Assembly (NCBI RefSeq): GCF_000143415.4
Contig: NW_003314304.1
Span: 1,565,548-1,629,547, forward strand
Origin: Selaginella moellendorffii
Taxonomy: Eukaryota; Plantae; Lycopodiophyta
DNA: 64,000 bases
Direction of reading: 5' to 3'
Each line of letters starts with the position of its first letter. Position 1 is the first letter of the stretch. The position numbers and the translations under genes were made by a program. The notes beneath the pieces were generated by a model. The model had not been told where the DNA came from, made no database searches, and saw only the letters and a program-made list of their open reading frames with translations. This document shows positions 1 through 13,400 of this stretch, one piece after another.

Positions 1-916
1 CTCTTAGAAGAGCTGCAACTTTCAACTTCCATTTATGAAAGCGTGAACTTGCAAAAAAACATGATGAATTATAAACAACCAAAGATAATAACTTAAAAAA
101 TTATTAATATTGTTTTAAATATAGAAATGTATCTTTTGTTCCAATTAGTTATAAATCTTAGGTTATTTGAGATTAAACATCTTTAAATAGTATTGGGTTA
201 GATGACCTTCTAGAAAGCCTAAATTCAGGAGATTATCGTGCCATAAATAATATAAGTTAATGTTTGTAAAGAACCTAGCAAAAAAGAAAACAATTTAAAA
301 TTAAACAACCTTTTAAAAATGAAATATTTACTAGAATGTTCAAAATAAGTATTTAGAAAGCATTTTCATTAGAGCTACTCTCAAGTAACACTTGATGTGT
401 TTCAAATGATTTCATAGTAAAAAATATCTTTATACTTTATTTTTAAAATAATTATAAGTTTTGTTTAATACATATTTTGTATTTTGTAAAAGATGTCTAC
501 AGACACTCAAAAACCTTTTGCTGTTAAATTATTGTCATTCAAGCACTTACTTATAATAGTTAAAGCACAATACAGTGTTTGGTTTTATGGGATGGCATAT
601 ATATGTAATTGAGAAGAGTAAAAAAATTTCTATATAAAGTTTAGTAAGTAAATGGAATTGTGAACAATGACAATTTTCATAAGTTTTTAAATTGTAGTTT
701 GTAACATATTTTAGCTAAACATTAATTTAAAGAATAAGTTGAAGTTGGAAAAGATAATATAAAGTTATGTGATGATAAATAACAATTAAGCACTTGTATT
801 TAGTTTTGAAATGCATTACCTTAAAAGGTTTATTAATATTGATTAACTTCATTCCTAGAATTGTTTTACCAAAGATGGGAAAATAAAAAATGCCGCTAAC
901 ATGAAATCATCTGAGT

Positions 917-2179
917 AGCTTTTCTTTAAAGCATTCAATACTGAAACATCAGAATAAATATAAAAATTATTTTAGAGCAATATGCAAAGATACCTCATCA
1001 ACTTATATCAGGAAATGTAGCATAATCATAATGAAAATAACATTCTGTCATAACTATAACAATATAGAGGACATTTGATTTATCATTGCCTTGCCAAATA
1101 GTCTCAAAAATCAATATAATCAATGATTTATTTTAAATGCCCTACATAGTCTCTGTTAAATAAAACTAAAATCATAGATATATTTCAATGTAAAATACCT
1201 TTGTAAATCCATACTGTTTTATAATCCAAGGTTTTGGGATGGATATTAAAATATTTGGTCATGATTGTCTTTTNNNNNNNNNNNNNNNNNNNNNNNNNNN
1301 NNNNNNNNNNNNNNNNNNNNNNNNNNNNNNNNNNNNNNNNNNNNNNNNNNNNNNNNNNNNNNNNNNNNNNNNNATTTCTTTCACAATTTTAGTTTTCATA
1401 TCAAAATGTCATTAATATGAAATCATTTGATGAGTTTTTCCTTCACTTTGATTATTAAAAATTCAACACTGAAATAAACTTGAAACATTAGAATAAACAT
1501 GAAATAATATTTTAGAGCAATAATGTAAACTTACTTCATCAACTTTTCTTACAAAATATAGCCCAATCATTCCAAAGACATATAGTAATAATTATATAAA
1601 GTATGTTCATTTATCTTCATCTTTCCAAACTACCTCGTAAAAATATATATTGATGATTTGCTTTAGAATGGTGTTTGTTAGATAAAACTAAAAACTTAAA
1701 TGTTAAATACCTTTGCAGATCCATATTTTTCTTTCATCCAGGATTATGGGATGAAGAGCAAAATATATAATTAATGATTTACTTTAAATGCCCTACATAG
1801 CCTCTGTTAGATAAAACTAAAAGCATGGATATATTTCAATATAAAATACCTTTGTAAATATATATTGTTTTATCATCAAAATTATGGGATAAAAAATAAA
1901 ATATTTGGTAGCTTTTCCTTCACTTAAAATATTAGATATTCAACACTGAAATAAACTTGAAACATTAAAATAAACAGGAAAGAATAATTTGGAGTTATAA
2001 TACAAACTTACCTCATTAACTTCAGCTACAAAATAGACCTGAATCATATCAAAGATATATAGTAATAACTATATAAAGCATATTTATTTACCTTCATTTT
2101 GCTAAACCACCTCATAAAAATATAGATTAATGATCTGCTTTAGAATGGTGTTTGTTAGATAAAACAAAAAACTTAAATG
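917..2179 (-). repeat. Degenerate tandem duplications of the ROCO terminal codons and 3' flank
   Basis: taaatacctttg..attatgggat recurs at ~1190, 1703, 1843 and 2181. Same arrangement downstream of copies 2, 4 and 5. Confidence 0.85.
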
Positions 2180-5100
2180 CTAAATACCTTTGCAGACCCA
2201 TATTTGTTTTCCCTCCAAGATTATGGGATGAAGAGCAAAATGTTTTTCCATGATTGTCTCCTGTTTTTCTTGTTTCCCAAATTTAGTTGTCACTAGCTTA
2301 AATATCTCTTGCACATCTTCTGCTTTGGGATTTGTAGTTATCTTGCTTTTGAGAAGACATGAATCCAAAAAACTTATAAGCCTTCCCTTGATCTCATCCA
2401 CGATTGCATTCACTATCTCTCCAACACCAGCAAAATGTCCTCCAACTTTGGCCCCAATAAATAATAGGATCAATGTATTTTTAAGTACTGGAGCAAATTT
2501 CTTGAGCCAATTTGGTGGGAGATCCAATTCAACACCTATAGAACTCTTTACTTGATGACCTTTAGAAGTTCCTTCAGGCCATTCACACAAGTAATGAAGT
2601 CTACCATGTGTTCCCAGTATTTTACTGTAATTTTTCCACATATTATTCTCATCAAGAATATATGGATATTTTGGGTAATCTGTCTCCAATTTCAATAATA
2701 CTTGAAAACACGTTGTATGGATTGCATTCACTTTATCCATGATAGACTTGAGTCCATTTTTGAGCTCATTAACGCTTACTTCAATGTCATTAAGTTTTGT
2801 ATCTAACTTGTCAAAACGGTTCTCCATTTTATCAAACATCTTCTTAATATATTTGAGGATTGCATCAAGTTTTGGGTCTTCAATGTTTGGAAACTCAACA
2901 ACATCTAATGATGCTTTGGGAATTGTGACTTCTCCAACCTCCTCATAATCCTTCAAGAGTTCATGAAGTTCAACAAACTTATTCACCAGTTCATGTTTTT
3001 GCTCCTTAAGCATCAATAGCTTAGCCAAAGCATTCTCATCTGAGACCTTCAAATCATTATTCACATCCCAACTCTCTGCTTCATGTGAATAATTCCAAGT
3101 GTGAGAGTATTCTAGACCTCTTTCTCTTGCTTCATATTTGACTTGCTTTAGTGGACAAACAACTGAAGCCCATAATTCTAATTTGTCCACCTTATTTAGT
3201 ATCCTTCTCCATACATAACCACGTCTCATCACATTTTCTTCAATTTCCAAAGATGGGCAATCCTCCATACATACCCCAATAATGCAATTTCTAATTTTTT
3301 CCATCCATCCTTCAGCTTCCTTTTCTAAATCCGGCCTTGGTGTATTCTCTACCTCTTTTGGGTAGTAAATGATGACATCAACCCATTGCCTATCTTTCCA
3401 GTTGTCTGTGTCTCCCCCAACTCTCACAATTATCTCGATAAGGTTTTTTTTCAAAGCCACCCATCCATTCCCAAGCCTGAAACCTTTCTTGCTTAATTTG
3501 TGAAGTTTAACTTGGATCTTTGTGAAAATACTTGCAGGAAACAATTTCAGGTCCTTGTCTTTGCATTCAAACCTCCTGCCCCAGTAGTTGTGGTTTTTTT
3601 GAGTGTTAATTGACAATAAATATCCTGGAGGTGAATAGTCTTCTTGCAATAGTGTTGGCATTATCAACTCTTTGGGCAAGTTATGCCAATTCCCATCCCA
3701 TGTTTCATCCCAAGGCAATATCACTCCCATCTCATGGAGCACTCCAAGAATGTACTCCACTATTTTGTCTTGCTTCCCACATTGTTGCTTCAACTGATGT
3801 TTAACTTTGTGTGTTTCCATTTTACTTTTGAGTTTGCTTGTCTCAGTATGTATGAAGAGTTGCACCACATCCCTCATAAACCATTGGACATCTAAGATGA
3901 CAAATTGAGACACAATGTCGTCCTCTTCATGTCCCAAGCCAAAGTAAATTGCATCACCAGAATCATGTAGAAATTGCAAGACAAATTTGAGAACATTCTC
4001 GGAACTCCTGTGAGGCAAGAGGATTTCGCCAACTTTGTCTAGGGGTATGACCTTCTTGTGACTTGCACCTTGTACCAGTTTCCTCTTTGCTTCAAGACAT
4101 TCCTGTGGTATTTGTTGCTGGTTTGACAGCAGTTCGTCCAAGCAACTCCCCAACATGGTTTTTATCTCCCTTAAAGCTTTCACTTGAGTGGCCACCACCT
4201 CAAAACAAAGATCTGTCCCAAACTCAAGTACTTGCCCATAGCCTTTGTCGGAGATTATTGCAGAAACCACCTCCTTTGGGTCAAAGTCGGGTTCTGGAGT
4301 GAAAAAGTTCAAGGCAATCAAGACCCTGGGCTTCCTTTTGGGTGAGGCTGATTGATGTGAAGCGATGAACCTCAGCCAGTAAACCAAATTCTGCTTGAAA
4401 ACGTCACAATTGTCATCCTCCACCTTGCATACGATCAAGAAGAGATCCTTCTCACTTCCTCTGAGAAAGTACTGGTGGAAAGCATGGAACTCTTCCTGTC
4501 CAGCCAGGTCGCAAATGAGCAGCTTTTGTTTGGTGGTCGCAAAGACAAGTGGTTGCAGCTCAATGCCTGCTGTTGAAGCATGCCTTTGGAGACATGATGG
4601 AAACCAAGACACTCTGCGGCAGAGGTTTTTTTTTATTGTGGTCTTTCCAACCCTGCTAGCACCACACAAGAAGAGCTTTGCTGTTGACGGGTTGTCAAAG
4701 TCTTTGAATGCACTCTGCTGGAAGATTGCATTCCGCTCTAAAAGACCAGAACACCTCTGCTTGAAAGCTTCAGAAGCTTCGGAATCATCACCTAGCTCAA
4801 GCACTTCCACGAGGCTTTGGTAGTTTTCCTCCAGGGCAGCCAGAATTTGTCTTTTCTGTGCATCACTATCAAGAAAACGAGCCCTGAATCTGCGCACCTT
4901 GCATTTTGGATCCCCCAGCAACTGGCAAAGCTCTTCCAGGTTTTCAAATTTTCGCTCAGATATTTTCAAGTCTTCAATGCTGCTTCCCAAAAGGCACCTC
5001 CATGGCAGCTCCGACTCACATGACAAAGCTTTCAGAGACTTGCAGCTGGTGATAGCTTTCCAAAAGAGCTCCCCATTCGTGATTTTGCACTCCGATATAC

Positions 5101-6534
5101 GCAAATGCTCCAGTTGGCTCTTCTCTATGCCCTCGGCAAACTCCAACGTTAACTCATCGTCTTGTCCCGTGCTACCGCATATTCCCAAATGGCGCAGCTT
5201 ACAATGTGGACTTGAGAGAGCTGACCACAGACTGCTGTCCCAGACCACTCCTCCTCCCTTTCTAAGGGTCAGAGGAAGCTGGCGGTGTCGCCTATGCGAA
5301 TAAAGATGAAGCTTGATCAGCTTGCAATTGCCCAACCATCCACCACCATCACCTGGATAAAGTGTAACGCTGAGTTCCTCCAAGCCACACTTAGCGCTGC
5401 TCAGGGCCTCACCCAGGCCGGTTGCATTGCTCAGGTCCATATATTGGCAACCTAAAACTGACAGGCTGGTGCCCTCCTGAAGAGCCTTGCATACCCATGG
5501 CAACACTCCAGGATCACTAATAAGTAGGTTTAGTCTAAGCGAGTCCAAGCTGTTCGTGAGTGCCTTGAAGCGTGATAGTCTTATCAGTGGAAGGTTTGCT
5601 CCCACAAATAGGTATAGTCTTTGCAGTGAACAGTTTGGACTCGTGAGTGCCTTGAAGAGTGCTTCACCTGCCCCCTCTGGAAACGATGCCCTCAGTTCTA
5701 CTAGCTTATTGCAAATGCCATTCTGAAATGCCTGTTCCCACCCTTCCTTGCCAATGTCCGTATCGATGATGGATAACTCTTCCACCTTGCACTCCTGACT
5801 TGCCAGATCCCTACTCAATTTCCCAAATCCTTCCACTGTCATCCTNNNNNNNNNNNNNNNNNNNNNNNNNNNNNNNNNNNNNNNNNNNNNNNNNNNNNNN
5901 NNNNNNNNNNNNNNNNNNNNNNNNNNNNNNNNNNNNNNNNNNNNNNNNNNNNNNNNNNNNNNNNNNNNNNNNNNNNNNNNNNNNNNNNNNNNNNNNNNNN
6001 NNNNNNNNNNNNNNNNNNNNNNNNNNNNNNNNNNNNNNNNNNNNNNNNNNTCTGTCATCGTCAGTAGCTTTGCAAACCTCTGCATCTCAATCTGCCAAAT
6101 ATCCTGTCCCTGCTGAGGAGGAGCAATGCCCTCTGCCACCCTTTGCATTCGATCACTGGGAATGCCCAACCTACAAGCGACCCTGGCAGCGAAGTGGATG
6201 AATCTGATGTCGAGCTGTGGTACCAAAGCGGCCTTGAGAATGTCAATGTGAGCAGCAGACGAACTGCCATCACCAGCGCCCTGTCTAAACTGGGTGGATG
6301 TGAAATGCACCAGTTGAGCACACCAAGCAGATCCTCCTCTGTGCCTCCAAACCTGTCGACGGTAGCACTCACCTCATCAACAAACTCACCTTTGGATGAG
6401 CGAAGCGCCTCCAGCTTCCCACAATAAAACCGAATCGCATTGAAGTGCCGCTTGTTGTCCCGCTTCGCTGCGAGAGTCTCCTTGATCTCCTTGACAGAAT
6501 GACAGGCGATCCACTCTCGTCGCTCCTCCTCCAT
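2180..6534 (-). pseudogene. TRN1-like: ROCO/TRN1-like copy 1, frameshifted near the N-terminus
   Basis: MEEERR start at 6534 is in a different frame from ORF 2180-6310, which begins at GTG. A 19-bp deletion (gagcatctcccacatccag, between ccag microhomologies) lies at 6276/6277. The rest is open. N-run at 5846-6050. Confidence 0.85.
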
Positions 6535-6597
6535 GGAAGTTTGCCCTGGATCGAAGGGGCAGTGGAGAGCACGAGTAAACTTGTAAAAGTGAACCTT

Positions 6598-6727
6598 GCC
6601 AGCAGTGGAAGCAAAGCACTAAAGAAAGTATGCCAGCTGTGGAAGAAAAGCAAAGCATATGCCAGCTGTGGAAGCAAAGCACTAAGAAAGTGGAAGCAAA
6701 GCATATGCCAGCTGTGGAAGCAAAGCC
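6598..6727. repeat. ~25-30 bp minisatellite (GCCAGCTGTGGAAG[AAAAG]CAAAGCATAT) upstream of ROCO copy 1
   Basis: 4-5 imperfect tandem units visible. Confidence 0.85.
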
Positions 6728-6779
6728 ATCGTACAAGCGGACAGTACAAGCAAGAGTTAATTTAGGTTTTAGGGTTCTT

Positions 6780-9210
6780 CGAGCAAGACGGCCAAGGCGG
6801 CGGAGAAGCGAGCTCATCGCGACGAGAAGAAGGTGTGGGACGAGGATGATATGGATGCGATCTTGGTAAGCAAAGCTCTGGCCAAAGACTCTCAATCGTT
6901 TTCCTTCTTGTCAGGCTAAACTCCACGAGGAGAAAGCAAAGAAGAGCGAAATTCATGTCGATGAGAATGTAGCAGCTCCTTCACCACAATGCAATTGCTC
7001 TGTGCGTAAGAACTCGATTGAAATCTCCACTCTGGAAGCTCACATTCTCTAGAATTCTTCTTTCCTTGCGTTTCAGGTGACTGTAAATCCCGTCAAGGAC
7101 ACTGCGCTGATCGTCCATGGAGGTGAATACCAACAATGGTGACAAGGTTTGTGGTTAGTTTCGCTACGGTGATTTGATCTTCGTGTTTGCTATGCTAGAC
7201 TTTACGTTTATGGTGATGATCTCGACCAAGACAACATCGAGAAGAACGAGTGGAAGCCTGTCACCAGTCCAAACTCTCCTCCCCGAGAAGCGCTCACCAG
7301 GGGGTTGCGTGGAAAAACTGGCTCTTCAGTTTTGGTATGATGTATTTTTCCAGGACTTCTCTTGATTTTGGCAGTGTAGGTGGTGAATTCGGTTTCATCA
7401 CTATAAGGTGTGTTTCTAGCTGACTTACAAGAGAGTTCTTGCAGGATTTATGGAGACTGGATTTAAACACAAATGTGTGGCGGGAGCAGCTCCAACTAAA
7501 AGGCTGTCCAGGTGCTCGTTCCGGACATAGATTTGTATGTATTGCGCTTCTAAACATAATCTTTATTTTTTTCTTTCTTGCCACAGAAACATAAACTTAT
7601 TCTATTTGGTGGATTTTATGACACGCTGAGGGAAGTAAGGTCGGCTGTTTCTGCAGTGTAGATGTTTAATATTGAATTTTTGACACAGGTACTTCAATAA
7701 TCTTTAAGTGCTGGATTTAGACGATTATAAGGTTTGTTTCTGTTTCCTTGTTTTTTAACAACTAAACTGATTTCCTTTTGCAGTGGCAAGAGATAAAACC
7801 CAAGCTTGGAGCTGCCTGGCCTTCAGCTGGAACTGGTTCTCAGCTTGCTGTTTATTTAGATGAGGTATTTGTCTACTAAAAGTATAGTTTTGCGTGTTGT
7901 GAACATTTTTTCTTTTCTAGATTTTCTTGTACGGTGGCTATTTCAAAGAGCCTGCCCCTGACAAAGATCAATCCGACAAAGGTGTAGTGCTCGCAGATAT
8001 GTGGACGTTAGATCCACGGATTGGGAGTGGGACAAGGTTTGCTTGTTTTACATTCTCGTATGGAGTTTTAGTTTTTCAATGTGTTTTGTGAAGGTGAAAA
8101 AATCCGGTATGGCTCCTGGCCAAGAGCAGGATTTTTGTCCACATCTTGTTTGGTGGTGTAGTTGATGCTGATGAGTACGGTTTCAATGCATGCGTTGGAA
8201 AAACTAATGGCTTTTGCAGGTGATTCCCTGCACAGCGTTTTTATGATCGAGATGTATATGCTTTCCAGATGGTTTGTATCTCGTCGATTTTTTTAAAATT
8301 ATCTAAACACCATCGCTCGCAGGTATCCTTTGGAGCTTCTCAAGCCAAAGAGCCTAAAGATTAAGGTATGGTAATCTGAGATTGTGTAGTGGTTAAGTGT
8401 GCATCCAAAGCAGAAGAAAGTGGTTGATCCAAATGTGGAAAATGCGTCTCAACGTTGAGCGTTCTGCTTGAAGGTTGTTGCCTTGTGGAAGAATGAATGC
8501 TGGAATGGTCGTTGGAAAGGATACTTTGTTTCTGTATGGAGGTATGAAAGAAGTCGGCAAAAAAAAAGTGACACGACGACCTTTCCTCGCTGGACCTTCG
8601 ATGTGTGGAAGTGCATTATTGAGGTTAGTATGATCGAGCCATCATCCAGCCTCATACTAATGTCTCAAGCAGGAAACACAAAGCGCGTGGATAGAAGCTA
8701 GTAAGGAGAAAGGCGAAACTGATGGTGACAACAGTGATGCTGGATCGATTAATAAAGGAAAAGACGAAGAGGACGACGACGAGGTAGTAAAAAAGAAGGA
8801 TGTAAGAAAACTTGTCGGCTTCCTTTTGTAGGATGCAGTGGAGTCACTGTGAAGAGGCAGCTGCTATTCTTAGGGGCGAAGGCAGAAAGCTGACACAGAA
8901 AGCACGGAAATTAAAGATCGATCCGGCTGGGCATGGCTGATTCCCAACAAACACTTTTGGTGAGTGCTGATAGTAGTTCATCTTCCTGTTTTGTTATTGA
9001 TTTGTCTTTCAGCCTGGAGAAACGCTGAGAGAATTTTTCTCTTGGACGATCATGTATTGGCAAATGGCACCTTACGATCACACCCAACACACTGGAAAGG
9101 TGACAACGCAGGTTTTCTTTCGCTCGTTCTTCATGCTCTATGCACCTCTCAGGAGCTCAGGAAGGATGGATTTGACTTGGCAAAGACACGCTACAGAGAA
9201 CTTAAACCCA
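6780..9210 (+). pseudogene. KLHDC4-like: KLHDC4-like kelch/DUF4110 pseudogene, copy A (multi-exon, ATG lost, 3' truncated)
   Basis: Exons encode KTAKAAEKRAHRDEKK..EDDMDAIL, KGCPGARSGHR, GFYDTLREV, WQEIKPK, IFLYGGYFKE, ELRKDGFDLAKTRYRELKP, separated by short GT-AG introns. In-frame TAA at 7705-7707 plus frameshifts. Confidence 0.85.
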
Positions 9211-9591
9211 GCTTAAGCTCACTGGCTTGCCCTTCTCGGGGATGAAGTCGATGGATCACTGCCCGATCACTCCACCACTTCTTGTCGACTGGAAAAGTCT
9301 TTAAATTCCTCTCGCTGACACGGCATTAGCCTGAGATCAAGGCCGCGGATCATCCAGCAAAGTCTAAGCTTTTTGCCAAGGATGTGACGAGCTAACGTGT
9401 TGTCCAGAGCGCTTACAGGTTCCATTGTTTTTTCCATGACAATTCTTTTTCCTCTGGCGACCGGCACGAAAGTCGTCCGAAGCAACCCAAACTGGAAACA
9501 AGATACATGCCCAGTTTCTCGGACAGATTTCCTCAAGCCCGGCAGCACACGGAAGACGAAGAAATTCGTTAAAAAATCCACGAGCAAGCAG

Positions 9592-9593
<2 letters not shown>

Positions 9594-9638
<45 letters not shown>
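9594..9638. repeat. (GA)n microsatellite; shorter paralogues at 32687-32722 and 51063-51085
   Basis: Seen directly. Confidence 0.95.
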
Positions 9639-9639
<1 letters not shown>

Positions 9640-9642
<3 letters not shown>

Positions 9643-10190
9643 AAGAACTTTGCCAAGCCCAAAGTCGTTGATGTTAAGCTAGGCCGTGCTTGAAGCGCGT
9701 GATGATGATCATGAAAGTTCCTGTCGAGATGCTCGGTGGATTCTCCGTGTCTCCAGCTAGAGACTTATCGATCAATCCACAGTGTGCGGCAGCCGTCGTT
9801 TCGCTCGATCGCTCCCTCGTTTGCAAAAGCTCGGACTTGACGATCCTTCTCTTTCTGCCATGGATTCCTCCATGAAGAGACCACCGAGCCAAGTTGCGAG
9901 ATTGAGGTTAAGCTGTAGTGATCTTACGGACATCCTCTTTTTGGATTGCTTCCTTTTTTACTCCGCATATCGTATCGACACTGTTGTAGAAGAAACAAAC
10001 GAGTTTTGGAGGTAGCAACTTCCCTTCCATTTGATTGATACATGAAGAACAAGACATCGCTTGCAAGTGGAAGATCACACGGGAGATGTTTGGAGTCAAA
10101 CTGGAACTTTCGTGATTGTTACGAGCACCTCCCCTGAATCCAGCACCACACTATCTATCTGGTAATGTTTCAAAACGAGTAAACTAATCA
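9640..10190 (-). pseudogene. Possible highly degenerate BAHD acyltransferase C-terminal remnant (also ~32725-33270; partly deleted at ~51090-51260)
   Basis: Ordered weak motifs FTRFETL, GKLLPPKLVCFFYNSV, KKEAI and INDFGLGKVLYV (DFGWG-like), interrupted by stops and frameshifts. Motif resemblance only. Confidence 0.25.
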
Positions 10191-10449
10191 GTGTTTGGGA
10201 ATGAATGTTTGTGCTGCTTGGCCAGTTGCACTGCGGCAGCAGAGGAGGATGTTTTGCGGCAACTATACCCGACTAAATCGAAGTACTTTAATTGCAATTT
10301 GTAAGATCACAAGTACTAGTCCTGAAGAAAAACAGCGAGATGTGCTTATAATCAAGGCATTCTTGCAACGCAAGTGGAAATTCACTGTGTTTACCTGGGC
10401 TTTCCGAGGATGCTTCATCTGAATCGCATAGTGTCACCCTGCCATGAAA

Positions 10450-13400
10450 AAGACAAGAGAAAAATTCTTACTCACTAGAGTTTGGCAATTTTACTCTAGT
10501 TACTACAATTTTTCCATTGTTGATACTCACTGTAGTTTCATTCAACTCCACACTTTTTTACTTGATTAGAGATGTAAAGTTTTGTGTCATGTTCTAGAAT
10601 TTTGTCTATAGTTACAAAACCACAAGCTTATCCATAAATGGATTGATATTACTATAAACAATTAAAGAAAACAACTTGAAAGATGTCAAATATAGAGGGA
10701 AAGGGCTCATGAATAAAAATACATCTTATTTTCCAAATGCACTTATTTTTCCAATCGGTTAAAGGTCTTGGGATATTTGGGGTTAAATGTCTCTCGGTTA
10801 GGTAATTTCCCGGGAATTTCAAATTTAAGAGTTTATAATTACTTCAATGCAAAGGTATAATTTCAACTTCTTTCTCTTCCTTTCAGCTTCTTTTCTTTGT
10901 TTTTCAATATGTAGTGAGTGAAATGCTTTCACTCGTAAGTTTTTCATAGATGAGTGAATAAAACTTGATTAACTCTTATAACCTATTTTTCCAAAGTTAC
11001 ATTTAAGATGGCTAAGTGAGCAGTGTGATGTGCTTTTACAACCAAGTGAATAGTTTCTTAACTTGTGCTAATCAAAATTTGCTCACAGATATAATATAAA
11101 ATAGGTGGGGATGCAATAAATTTATTCATTTCTCTCCTTGAGAAAAATCATTCTTTTACTTCTTGTTAAATATATAGTTTCTGATTATGATGTTCTTTCA
11201 CTTTTTTTGAAGGGTGCAACATATACTCCCTTAGTCAAAGATGCAGTTGTTGATTCCATGTTATAGGTAAAAATTTGATAATTAGAATTGTTGCAAGTTT
11301 CAATATTAATTTTGGGACCAACTTCTAAAGTTTTACCAAGATTATTTTAAATTAATAAGTTCAAAACTCTTTCTTGACAATCATGAGAAGTCAACACTTC
11401 AAATTGGAAATATCACCAAGGTTAACTTTAACCATATAATATCCAATCTCATTACAACCAAAATGTGGCTTAGATTATTCAATGGCAATCTAAACACTTA
11501 ACCATATTCATCACTTGGAAATGCAATGATAAATATCAACAGTTTGCTTTAGATATTGCTTTCCAAGGAATTGTTCTCCTAAAAAACAATGGCTTACTAC
11601 TTTTATTCACAATCTTGAAAATTGTGGCTCGTATAGGAAACTATATAAATACAACATACATGATACTTGGAAACTACAAATGTGAAAGATAAGTTTTTTC
11701 TCAAAACTCTTTAGATATTATTTATGGTTTTTTTGGAGAAATGTCATACAAGTATGTATCACCTTTGCAAAACATGCAAATCTACAATAATAACATTCTC
11801 TATTTATAGTACTTATTTCGAGAATGTAGTCTCAACTCATTTCCAACATTTCAAATGCAACCACTTATCTTATTATTCTTGTGATCACTACTTTTTGTTG
11901 ATATCTTGGCTTTCAAGGACAATTTATGAATCTCAAGTGTTATTTGGTTTGGATATTTTCGTTAGTCCAAAAGTGCTACTCTCACTCTTATTACTTTTGG
12001 AGCATAAAATCCAAGTATTCCTTCTCTTGCTTTTTTTTCTTTGTAATACAAACATTGAATCTAAAATTAAGTGGTCACTTGGTAAATACTTAGTACCACA
12101 AGGCATCCATAAATGTTTCCATATTGGATATGAAAATGAAATACAATCCATTGTTGATATTTAAGGAGAAGCTATCAATTTTACACAAGGTNNNNNNNNN
12201 NNNNNNNNNNNNNNNNNNNNNNNNNNNNNNNNNNNNNNNNNNNNNNNNNNNNNNNNNNNNNNNNNNNNNNNNNNNNNNNNNNNNNNNNNNNNNNNNNNNN
12301 NNNNNNNNNNNNNNNNNNNNNNNNNNNNNNNNNNNNNNNNNNNNNNNNNNNNNNNNNNNNNNNNNNNNNNNNNNNNNNNNNNNNNNNNNNNNNNNNNNNN
12401 NNNNNNNNNNNNNNNNNNAGATTGTCCAACTGTAGAGAGCAACAAAATGAACTATAAATTTATAATAATATTTTGCCCAATCTCGACAAAACCATTAATA
12501 AATCAAAGTTTTAGCCAAATGTTCATCTATGCTTGATAATTTAACTCCACTCAATCAAAACATAAAGCCCTAAGTTGGACAATGTATTTTTTATCAAGCT
12601 GGTCCTCTTTAACAAGTTCCATATATAAATAATATAGTGACTTTCTTCTTTTGTAAGTTATTGTCTAAAAAGAGTTTATTTCAAATTCACTTAAATCTTT
12701 ATCTTGAGAAATTACTTAGCTTGGCATAAAATATTAGCAACCCAATACTAAATACTAGCCTAAAAATTTGAGAAAAACATATAAACTAGTATATTAGTGA
12801 TAATTTGAAGCTTTTTCTTGCTAATTTACAAGGTATAATAAATGATTGAGATGTTGGTTCTCTAGACAAGGATGAGATAAAGATTGGGAGTGAGCTTATG
12901 CAAACATCTCTAAGCCAAACTTCTTTATTTGGCTCATAAACTTGGTTGAGTTTACAAAGGTTTTGATAAAGTTTATTTTTGAATTTTTGCATGTCATAAA
13001 TGCTTATCAAGGCAATGTAAATAGGAGTATACTATAATAATGGCTTGTCATTTTTGTTATGGTAGTGGTGATCGCAACTATCACCATGCTTTCGGCATCT
13101 TTATAAATGATTAATTTTTTTTTACTTTAGGATCATCTAAAGGAGTCTCACTCATAATCTCTATAAGCCCTGATATTAATTTGGGTGTTTGTTAACTTTA
13201 AGATGTGTTCTTGTAACCACATCAACTTTGTACTTAGTCTAAATGCTCTATGTGTCCAATTCCACTTTTGGATACCTTTTATGAAGTCCAAATTTAAAAA
13301 CTTATATTTGGTATTAGAGAAATCTAAGGTGTGATTCTATTAGTTGATTAAAGAAATCACACCACATGTTAAAATTGATATTTAATAAGTTTAATTTACT

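Noticed and set aside
2250-5726. Numerous plus-strand ORFs recurring inside the ROCO copies
   Set aside because: Antisense shadows of the ROCO frame, repeated only because the gene is duplicated.
6598-6727. ~29-bp repeats as a CRISPR array
   Set aside because: No unique spacers, no cas genes, and a eukaryotic context. It is a minisatellite.
9655-9750. Protein kinase remnant (IHR...DFGLGK)
   Set aside because: No HRD, wrong spacing and no other subdomains. A BAHD DFGWG-like reading fits slightly better but is also weak.
10916-10934. Hairpin GAGTGAAA-TGC-TTTCACTC, and tggtgat..atcacca at ~13067-13086
   Set aside because: Short stems expected by chance. Recurrence simply reflects the segmental duplication.
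11724-12164. 146-aa plus-strand ORF repeated at 35061-35501
   Set aside because: Low-complexity AT-rich translation with no recognisable motif; broken or absent in other spacer copies.
12124-12445. ORFs spanning N-runs (also 16218-16640 and 18149-18683)
   Set aside because: Artefacts of X translation through unknown bases.
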